A DNA stretch of 64,000 nucleotides, taken from a virus. Lineage: Duplodnaviria; Caudoviricetes. A program made the position numbers and the translations under genes. The notes below the pieces were generated by a model. The model saw only the letters and a program-made list of their open reading frames with translations, was not told the origin of the DNA and searched no databases. Positions 29,311 to 39,173 of this stretch are shown here, in pieces; the first letter of the stretch is position 1; each line of letters begins with the position of its first letter. Location: the IMG/VR virus record IMGVR_UViG_3300024255_001563, positions 32,001 through 96,000 of that record; one strand, 5' to 3'.

Positions 29311-29871
29311 TTATAGTTCAGCTTGACCTTCAGGATCAGCTAAAGGTGTAAATGCTTGCCATTCGCCTGTACTATCATTCCATGCAAACTTTTCATCTCC
29401 TGATTCAGCTGATGCCGGCACAGGTTGTGTAATATCTGTTTGAACTGCATGCGGAGTTATAATACTATCGTGGCTTACCCAGTTAGTAGATATTTCGTCC
29501 CATAAATGATCGTTGCCATCTGTAGGATATGCTACAGGAGGAACATGCACACCGAGAGCATCATCAAACACCCACGAAGGAAACCCGCCATCGGCTCTCC
29601 AGTTAGCTTTTAAAGTATTCTTTTTATCTACTACTTCAGCATCTGTCATTTCTCTTAGAACCCAGTCATCTGATGCACTAGTACGATCAGCACTTACACT
29701 ATAAGCATGATCGTTGGTTTGATACACTCCTTCAACTGGTCTTTCAGTTCTAGTAAAAGGAACAAATGTTTTACCTTCTTTAAAGCTATCTGGTGCCGCA
29801 TCTAAGTTACTTTTTTCTATAGGATGATTTACAGCATTACCGTGTTCGTCTATTTCAATATATAATTCCAT
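29311..29871 (-). CDS. Tail-fibre-associated protein
   Basis: FPSW.FD.....VPPVAYP.DG....WDE....W motif, which I recognise from small genes next to phage fibres. Confidence 0.6.
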   Translation of the reverse strand: MELYIEIDEHGNAVNHPIEKSNLDAAPDSFKEGKTFVPFTRTERPVEGVYQTNDHAYSVSADRTSASDDWVLREMTDAEVVDKKNTLKANWRADGGFPSWVFDDALGVHVPPVAYPTDGNDHLWDEISTNWVSHDSIITPHAVQTDITQPVPASAESGDEKFAWNDSTGEWQAFTPLADPEGQAEL

Positions 29872-29883
29872 TATTATCTCCTA

Positions 29884-30885
29884 TTATTGATCGTTGGTGT
29901 TAGTGCCGGGCCATGATCTTGGGATTGTAGTTCCCCAAATGATTCTTACTACGCCTCGACCACCGTCGCCTGAACTAGAAGGCCAACTTGTACCTGGGCC
30001 GCCACCGCCGCCTCCGTACGCACCACCTCGTATATTATTTGAACTTTCGCCAGTTCCGCTCCATGGATTTTGTCCATAGTAGCCTCTCTCGCCACTGGAG
30101 CCTCCTAATCCACCGCCACCTTGTGGCGAACCTGATGTTGACCATGGAGTATACTGACCGTTACCGTTAGGTCCTTGTCCGTATATACCAGTGCCGCCTC
30201 CGGCGCCTGTACCGAATGTTGATGAGTAATTTCTGCCGCCAGCAGCTCCTCCAGAATATGGGTGCGGATATTCATTTACGTTGCCGCCACGTCCTGTGTA
30301 GCCGCCTGCGCCGCCTCCGCCAGTCCAATCAGTTGAATTGCCGCCTCCGCCGCCGCCGTCGCCGTTATATCCTCCACCGCGTCCGTTATTTCTCGGGCCG
30401 CCTGTTTGACCTTGTGCAGATCCGCCGCCATAGCCGCAAACAGTATTAGTACTTTGGAAATAGCTGTTGCCGCCATTTTGACCATTGCCGCCGCCGTAGC
30501 CAACAACAACTGTATAACTTCCGCCTGGTGTTACAGGTATAGTATTTTTCCAACCTAAACCTGCGCCAGCGCCGCCTGGGTTAGCCCAACTATTCTGGCC
30601 TCCGCCGCCGCCGCCGATAGCAAGCACGTTTACTTCGTAAACTTGTGAAGGTGCAACCCATGTATACGAACCTGGGTTCGTATAGTTTTGTTGTCCTGGT
30701 GGAATGGGTGGATTTGTCAGCGGTAGCGGTAGCCATTCACTGCCGTCATAACCTTCAAAATTGCCATCGCTTGTATTCCATCTCATCATGCCGGCGCTTG
30801 CTCCGCCTGGGCGTTGACCTGTTGTACCAGAAGCAACTTTTAAATATCCGGTGTCATTTATTGTCGTATTCTTTAAACTAGCCAT
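29884..30885 (-). CDS. Glycine-rich fibre-tip/receptor-binding-like protein
   Basis: N-terminal GTTGQRP..G.MRWNT...FEGYDG.EW module followed by many poly-Gly runs (IGGGGGG, YGGGGGGPG, GRGVVRIIW). Confidence 0.75.
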   Translation of the reverse strand: MASLKNTTINDTGYLKVASGTTGQRPGGASAGMMRWNTSDGNFEGYDGSEWLPLPLTNPPIPPGQQNYTNPGSYTWVAPSQVYEVNVLAIGGGGGGQNSWANPGGAGAGLGWKNTIPVTPGGSYTVVVGYGGGNGQNGGNSYFQSTNTVCGYGGGSAQGQTGGPRNNGRGGGYNGDGGGGGGNSTDWTGGGGAGGYTGRGGNVNEYPHPYSGGAAGGRNYSSTFGTGAGGGTGIYGQGPNGNGQYTPWSTSGSPQGGGGLGGSSGERGYYGQNPWSGTGESSNNIRGGAYGGGGGGPGTSWPSSSGDGGRGVVRIIWGTTIPRSWPGTNTNDQ

Positions 30886-30886
30886 A

Positions 30887-31750
30887 TTAATTTCTTCCTT
30901 TTAATGTTTCAACTTCAGCAGTAAGTTCTTTTACTGCTTCGATAAGATATGCAGTCAATTTAGTATATGTAATCCCATCTGCGGTTTTATCATCGTTGTA
31001 TTTAACCACATTAGGAAGTATTTTAGCTACTTCTTCCGCAATCAAGCCAGGTTCTTCTGTTGCACTGCCGTCTAATCTATCGTATGTTACACCTACTAAT
31101 CTCTTAATTGAGTTTAGAGCGCCTTCGATAGGTCTTACATTTTCTTTATACGTTATACTTGATGTTTCAGTAATACTTGTAAATCGTCCTGAACTTGGAG
31201 TTGATGATCCAACTGTAGTACCGTCAATTGCTCCGCCATTGATATCAACACTAGAACTTAATAAATTACCGCTAAATCTTGTTGCACTAATTGTGCCGTT
31301 ACTTGGCGTAAAACTAAATTTACTATTACTGGTTGTAACTGCTGTAATAATTCCGCTTGTTGATGTAATTAAAGTTGGGTAATAAGTAGTTCCACTTGTT
31401 GTGTTATTACTTACTGATACGTTAGCAGCAGCCCAACTTAATGTTCCGCTACCGTTTGTTTTTAAAAAATATCCGTCAGTGACGCCGCTTGCAGGTAGTG
31501 TATAAGTTATATTCGAACCAACTGTTCCAGGTACAGCAAGTGCAACATAATTTGAACTATCTGAATCTGTTAGTCTTAGTTGACTGTTTGATTGTAACGA
31601 AACATGTGCATTAGATCGAACATCACCTGTACCATTTGGTTCGAAAATAATATCATCGTTTGGCTCGATGGTTTGTAGTCTATTATTTTGAGCCGTAAAT
31701 GTACCTAAAACCGGTCCACCTTGGATACTTGTACTAATTCTTCTTGGCAT
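30887..31750 (-). CDS. Tail fibre protein with C-terminal intramolecular chaperone (peptidase S74)
   Basis: TSSITYKENV..I..AL..I..L.GV.Y.....GLIAEEV..ILP.VV...Y.KL...LIEAVKEL. Confidence 0.85.
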   Translation of the reverse strand: MPRRISTSIQGGPVLGTFTAQNNRLQTIEPNDDIIFEPNGTGDVRSNAHVSLQSNSQLRLTDSDSSNYVALAVPGTVGSNITYTLPASGVTDGYFLKTNGSGTLSWAAANVSVSNNTTSGTTYYPTLITSTSGIITAVTTSNSKFSFTPSNGTISATRFSGNLLSSSVDINGGAIDGTTVGSSTPSSGRFTSITETSSITYKENVRPIEGALNSIKRLVGVTYDRLDGSATEEPGLIAEEVAKILPNVVKYNDDKTADGITYTKLTAYLIEAVKELTAEVETLKGRN

Positions 31751-31762
31751 ATTATTTTCCTT

Positions 31763-32083
31763 CTAAGCTGTTGATGTTTCGATTCCATACACCACAGCAT
31801 TGCACTCCGTACTGTTTGAAAAACATACAATTTTTTGTCCTGCTGATAGCACAAAACCTGTTCTTTCTAAAACACCATTACCGATTAGCTCTGTATCATA
31901 TTCGACCCATTCTGCTGTAGTTGGGCTGTCTGTATCTGCTAGTGCTATTCTAATGTTTCTTGCTTGTGAATTTCGGTTAGTAAAGTTTACCGACACTACA
32001 CTAAAATGATCTACCGGGACGGTGTATACAGTTGTATTAGTTGCTGCTGTTAGCGCATTTGCCCCTAGTTTTCCGTTTGCCAT
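31763..32083 (-). CDS. Small beta-sandwich structural protein (paralogue 1)
   Basis: 106 aa; TVYTVP...VNFTN...L.AGQKI...VVYGIE. Confidence 0.65.
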   Translation of the reverse strand: MANGKLGANALTAATNTTVYTVPVDHFSVVSVNFTNRNSQARNIRIALADTDSPTTAEWVEYDTELIGNGVLERTGFVLSAGQKIVCFSNSTECNAVVYGIETSTA

Positions 32084-32098
32084 AAATTATCCTCTCTA

Positions 32099-35000
32099 TT
32101 ATCTTAACATGTAATTATATGCGAGTGGTAATCCTAATACACCACCTTGGAAATTAACCCTTGCTTTAATATTTATCAATTCTCCTGACACTGTTGTAAT
32201 TGTGTTAGTAGCTATAAAAATATCGCCTGCTGTTACAGAGTTAACGTTAAGTGACGCACCACCGCCACCAATTTGTGCTTCAATATATGCTTTGATAGCA
32301 CGTTGAGTTGGAACAACATTATCACTATTCGCTGTAAAGAACGGATCTGTTGAAAACTCGCTCACTGCTGCTGAGTTACCACCTAGTGTAACCTCGCCCA
32401 GTGTTAGTTCTTGTAGACCTGCAATGTTAAATGCTTCTGCATTCAATGTTGCAATACCAGTTGCTTGTTCAACACTGAACAAGTCACCAACTCTAAAGTT
32501 ACCATCTTGGTCTGTAGCAGTAAAGAATACTCGTCCACCGTCTGCTGTAACTGTTTCATTGGCTGGCGCTGGACTATTAACTGGTACACCTGGATAATTA
32601 GTATCGACAAAATTGCCTGTACCTATATCTAGGAAGTCGTGTCCTGTAAGTCTAACTTGTGAGAATCTGATACGTATTGTAACTGGATCACCATGTGCAG
32701 GTGCATCCGGTATTTCCATATCTGGACTCAATTGTAGGAATGTTGTATAACTTCCATCATTGCTGCCTAAGAAACTAACAGTATTAACTAATTTAAATAT
32801 TGTATCTGGTAAACTATCAAATACTATGTTAGATCCCGGTACTGGTCTATTTGTTAGCTGTCTTACTGCAACAAACAATCCAGTTTGGAAGAAGTCTGCA
32901 TACCCATTACTTAAATCATCATTAACATCAGCATCAGCTGCTTCGAAGTTTGTTCCTCTTGCTTCAAATGATGGCTGAGCTAACGCACCCTTACCGACTC
33001 TTACTTCAAAAGTAGCGTCATTAATGTTTCCTGGGTCAGTTATTGTAATGGATGGTGCTGATGTGTAGTTACTGCCTGGTTCCCAAAGTTTTACTTCGAA
33101 AATTCTTTCACTAGCAACACTAACTCTACCTCTTGCTGTACAGCCTATACGGAAGTCATGTACAAGATTTGATGTGCCATCGCCTGCTACTATAAATTTA
33201 CCAGTTTGTCCAGGATTACCAAATGCTATTACACCTAACTGTGTACTACTTGCAAAAGTTGGTGTATATGTACTCCATGTTCTACCATTTTCTGAATAAT
33301 ATACTCTATTATTAGTACCTGCAGAAGTAGCAACAAATACACCATTACCATAAGTTATGCTGTCTATTGCTGCGGGCATTGCTATTGCTGTCCATGTTGC
33401 ACCATTGTCTGTACTTAATGCTGAGTTTCCTGAGCCGTCACAAACAATAACTTTATTCTTGCCAGCGATAATTTTATTCCAGGTACTACTACTCGGTAAT
33501 GTAGATGTTGTCCAGGTATCGCCATCGTCATTTGAATAAGCAAAGTTAGCAGTTCCACTATAACATGTAAAGAAGTGTCCCATTCCAAACGCAATTGTAT
33601 CAGGTCCTGATGTAACTGTTCCTCTACTTGACCATGTCTCACCACCGTCTACACTTGTATAAACTGCTGTATCATTATCACATAATCTCATAAAAATATT
33701 ATTACCGTATGCAACATGACTTGCACCTGTACCTGATGCCCAAGTACCGGTTGTCCAGGTTGTTCCGTTTTCACTATACGCATAATCCTGCGTATCGCCT
33801 ACAACAATGTATGATGGTTCATACAGTGTAGATCCGTCATCAATTGATCCTGATGCCATTTTTGCATTAGATACGCCACTGATTCCTGCTGGAAATGCTC
33901 CACTACTCCATGTAACACCGTCAATACTAAATTCATATAAATTTGTACTTTGAGCGCCTGCAATAAATATACCTTTTTGAGCTAGTCCTTCGTAGTCAAA
34001 CTCAACTACTTCGCCACTTGCTCCTACACTAGTTAGTGTAAGTGTAATATCATTTGCTGGAGTTGCTCCACCTACTGATGTACCAGCTATAGTTAATGTA
34101 TCAAGTCTAGAATATCCGCTACCGCCTGCATTTACTGTTACATAATATTTTGCACCTACTTTATCTATATCAAATGTTGCAAGTGTTCCGTCACCAGTTG
34201 TAGTTGATGCTATACCGATGTATTGTGCAGTAGTTGCATGATGTATTATCTGTCCCCAGTTTTTACTACTACTAAAGGCTCCTTGTGTAGCTGATTGTGG
34301 CGGAGCACTAAATGAAACATTTGGTTCAATTTGATAAGTTGAACTTGCGTTAGGCGCTGTAATATCTTTACCTTCTTGGAAGTTATCCCATCCTGCTGAA
34401 CCATCTGATTCTTTAAGAACTGTTGCTATTTTAGTACCTGCATTATAAGTATCAATAATACCGAAGTTTCCTACTCCAGCACCACCTGTGATAATAAGTT
34501 TCATACCAGGATATGCTGTACTTAAATTACCGTCTGTTTGTGCTAGTGTAAGTTGTGTTGTACTACCTGCTTGTGCAGTGTTTTGTGCAATAGTAAATCC
34601 ACTACCACCTGCTAAATCTTCTTCAGCATCTGATACTTGTGTAACACGTACATTAAATACTGCATCATCTCTAAAGTCTTTTGTATCTTCAAATGTAAGT
34701 ATTTCATTATCACCTGCACCAAAGATATTAAGTTCTGCTTCAGTATATTCATTACCAGCATGACTATACTCCATAACAATTAAGCCGTCACCGTCACAGA
34801 ACACATCACTAATTGTTGCATTATACTGGAACTTGTTATCTACAATTGCTGTTACTGGTGTTTCTTCTGCATCAACACCTTCTGCAACTGAGCCAAATGT
34901 ACCATATGAGTTATTGCCGTTTGTAGCACGTATTCTACCACCGCTTTCAGCTAGATAACCGATATGCGAGTAGTATGTGAATACAGACACAAGTTCTGCT

Positions 35001-38000
35001 CTACCGTTGTTAAGAATATGTGCGCCGATACCGTCACTAATAACCTGTGTAAAGTCATTACTAACAATCGAGTCATTACCACCGTCGTGTAACGCACCGT
35101 CAATCTTTTGTCCAGTCGCTGCATAACCAAATGTTGTACAGTTTTGTATATATGGAGAACGTGCAGTAATCCAAACTGCTTCATGCTTTGGTCCCCAACC
35201 TGGGTCAAGCGATCCATATGCTCCTGCTGTAACTCTTCTTGTACCATATTCGTTTAGTGGTCCTAAGTCACCTTGTAGACCATCTAATGTCATTAATCGT
35301 AAACCTGTGCCATTACGTAAGTAGAAGAAATCTTCTTCTTGACAACCTATGATTGAATTAGCATAATAACGAGCTGCCAACTTTGTTTTATAGTTATTTG
35401 GCATTACAACTCTAATGTCATTTGTATAGTCTCTAACAAAGTTTACAGGATATAATAGATCATCTTTAACAGCATCTAAGTAGGCATTAACATCTCTTGA
35501 ACATGTTGCTTGACTATATGTGTAATCTGCTTCTACTTTAAAACTACCTGCATTTGTTGATATTGTAGTTAATGATCCATTTAAAGAATCGCTTATTGTA
35601 AATGTTGTACTAGAAATTATATTTGCAACATAATATGTTGTGTTTTCAAGTAGTCCTGAATTGCCAACTGCTAACTCTGAGTCTTCAAGATTTATAAATT
35701 CTAAAGGCATACCTGGTGACAACCACGATGTATCAGCAACAGTTAGTGTATTGCCTACTGAGCTAGTTTCAGTAATTGTATCACTAAAATAATCAGCTAT
35801 AAAAGCATGTACTTCTGCCTTAATAAAATCTTTATTAAGTTCAATTTGTCTTACTGCAAAGTGACTGTTAGGATCAGCTGTAACTTTATTACTACCTTGA
35901 TTTACTGTAGCACTAAAGATCATATCGTTTGCATACTGATATGCAAAGTCAATTGCTGCGTCAGCTGACGCTTCTGATGCATTAGCTTTTACTAGTTCTG
36001 CTGCATAAAGATTTGCTGCTAGAGTTGCTTCTGCTTGATCACCGTATACTTTAGCTGATGCAGTTCTCTTGTAAGAAATGCCAGCAATTATCGAAGCCAT
36101 ATTTGAACCAAGTGCTGCGTCATATGCTGCTGCATATGCAATAAGTTGAATGTCTCTTTCGCATTTTGTTTGATTATATGTTAAGTTAGGGAAGTTTGTT
36201 GTAATAAATGTAATTACATTTGATTTAACTGTTGTTAAATTTCCTGCATTAATAATAGCTGCATGATCTGCTTGTAATCCTGCACTTGCTCCAGTAATAT
36301 CAGGATAATTAATTGTAGGTATTGTACCGGTATCAATAATTCCTGTTACAACATCCATCAATGTTTCAATACTAGTACCTGCTGCTACACTGCCGCCGAC
36401 TCCAGTATTCTGAATTGTTGCTGATTGTTCTGTAGGACTAACTGAAATACTTCTAGATATCGGAACAAGTATATCTTTGAGATAACCATATGCTGCAAGT
36501 GTTGCAGTTTTTTCTTCTGAATCTATTTGTAAAGCGCCGCCGGTACCTGAATAATATGCAGATCCTGCTGTAACACTTTGCCAATCACCACCGTATGTTA
36601 AATCGTATGTTAATGCATCAAGAATATAACCAACATCTTGTTTACATTTTGTTTTACTATATTTTACAGCTGGATAGTTATTTGTAATGTATGCTAATAC
36701 TTCTGCATTAATAAAATCTTTATTAGCTTTAATAAGATCTCTTGCATATCCGTATTCTGAATCAAACCCAGATGGAAGAGGTAAAACAGCTTCTATCTTA
36801 GTACCTAATCTAAAGTCTATATCTTTTTTGATTGTTCGAACTGCTTGAGTTGCCCCAGTACCTTGTACATCAATACCAAATGGATACTCTCTACTTTGTG
36901 CAGTAGTGTTACCTGTAGTAGGAGTAACAGCAATACCTTGTACAACATCACTTATAACATCTTCTATTCTTTGAATTGCACGGAAACTGTATTTGCTATC
37001 AAATATAGGTGTTAAAGTTGTATTTGATGCTTTTCTAGGTTGTACATTTGTCGAACGTAGTTCGTCACCGATAATGCAGCATTCTGCAGGAACTATAATA
37101 GGTAGCATTTCGTAGTATCTACCTGTAGACACTTTAACAAGTGTATTTCTAATTAATCTTGCTGGTAAGTTATCTGCATTACCTGCTGTAATTGCATCTG
37201 TAACTATACCAACTAAGTTTGTAATATCAAGAAGTACAGGTTCTGCAACAAGTGTTTCGTCAATAAATTGTTCAACAACTGCTGTTGAATTATCACCATT
37301 TGCAACTTGATAATTTACATCAGGTGCAGTATTTTGTAGTACTCTTTGTATTACTTCTAATCCATAATTTATTGATGCTACTGTTTCGGCTTCTTGTCCT
37401 AAAGTATAAAATTCAGGAGCATTATTAACATATTCTAATGCAACTTTTCTACTTTCAACATTACCACCGTGTGTTAGATCCCAAACCACTGCATCAACAA
37501 TGTAACCCATATCTCTTTCACATTTTGATTCAGCATATGTAAATCCATCAAATATTTCACCGGTGCCTGCATTTGCAATCTGCCAGTCTGTCCATTCTAC
37601 TATTTCTCTTTGAATAAAATATTTGTTTAATTCTAAAAGTCTTCTTGCATCAGGATTTTTTGCTCCTTTTTCAATTTGCTCACATGCAAATTTAATGCTT
37701 CTAAATGGTTTATCTAAAGTACGTCCGTGTAATGGAGTAGGACCATCAGTACCATGTTCAGCTACGTAATAAACATCGTCTGCAACACCATAATATGTCC
37801 ATTCAGGAAGATTGGATTCAGATACTCTTAGTAACTGTCCTTCTTTACCTATCGGTAGTCTAGTAGGGCCTGAACCTGAATAATATACTAAATCGCCATC
37901 AGTGTTAAGAACACTTGTTTCTGTACCGATAGCTAGCACGTTCCAGTATGCTCCGCCTGTATCTTGATCTGGACGTGAATTTTCTGCGCCGCCACCAGGC

Positions 38001-39124
38001 TGAATTGCAGTTTCTGTTGAGTAGTCGTCGCCTTCAGAAATATGTCCGTTTATACAAACATATGAGTTATTTCCGTAACGAACAACATCACCTAATACAT
38101 ATTCTCTATCGTCTAACCATATACCTGTCCATTTTAAGCCAGTGGCAAGTTGTGACCAGTAATCTGTATCAGTAGGATCGTTTCCTGAACCTTTTTGTTT
38201 TGCAACATAAAGATATCCGCCTCTTGAAACTGTTTCGCCTGCATCGTATTCAACAGCTGAAGAATCATCATTGTATTCACCTAAGAATTTTATACCTTGT
38301 GTAAACAATGACCAGTTTGTACCGTCATCTGTTTGAGGATCAGTGTTTTCATTAACAGTATTTGCAATATATTGATTGCCACCGCTTCGTACAACATCAC
38401 CTTGCTGATAAATTTTTTCAGGGATCCAAATGTCTTCAAATTGAAATCCTTGTACAAAACTAGTCCAGTTAGCAGCATCAGCACCAAAACTATCTGTTGA
38501 AGTATGAGCAGTAGAACATATATATAAACTTGCGCCGTAATTTACAACATCGTTTAATTTATATCTAGTAGGACTTGACCATGCATTTTTATATTCTATA
38601 CCTGCATTAAAGGTATCCCAGTTTGCGCTATTAGCTTCTAATCCGCTATCGGCAGTTGCAGCAGATGTATGAAGTGCGTTACAAACATAAGTAACACCGC
38701 CATATTTAACTAAGTCGTTTACTCTATATCTAGTTGATGTAGTCCATTCACCTTTCCAGTCTAGACCTTCGGCATATACTGACCAGTTTGATAAATCATC
38801 TTCTAATCCGTCGTTTGCAGTTTCAGCAGATGTATGAACTGTATTACAAATATAAAGCCTTGCTCCATATTTTACAATGTCATCATATACATAATATGTA
38901 TTTGTTGCCCACTCACCTTTATATGTTTGCCCATCACTAACTAAATTCCATTTAGATGGTACTACATCTAAATCTATAAAAAAGTCATTAGCTGATGAGT
39001 GCCCAATTGTACAAATATACATTTTGCCGCCGTAGGCCACAACGTCATCTTTGTAATATACTGTAGTAGTTGCCCAGTCATTTTTCCAAACAAATCTGAT
39101 TCTACCTAACTTAAATTCTGCCAT
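32099..39124 (-). CDS. Giant tail fibre/baseplate protein (2341 aa): CBM5/12-like repeats, beta-helix, helical repeats, BNR-like propeller
   Basis: 7 W....Y..DVV.YG..Y.C...H repeats; YVAEHG.D...PF; SPYIQN; S.DG.TW Asp-boxes; [26 protein letters not shown] 39144-39149. Confidence 0.8.
   Translation of the reverse strand: [2341 protein letters not shown]
35470..37530 (-). repeat. Four dispersed helical KC.RD...DA...D...GGN repeats
   Basis: [88 protein letters not shown]. Confidence 0.8.
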
Positions 39125-39173
39125 TTATCTTACTCCGTTGTAATATTTATCTTTTCTTTCATAATGCTTAATA

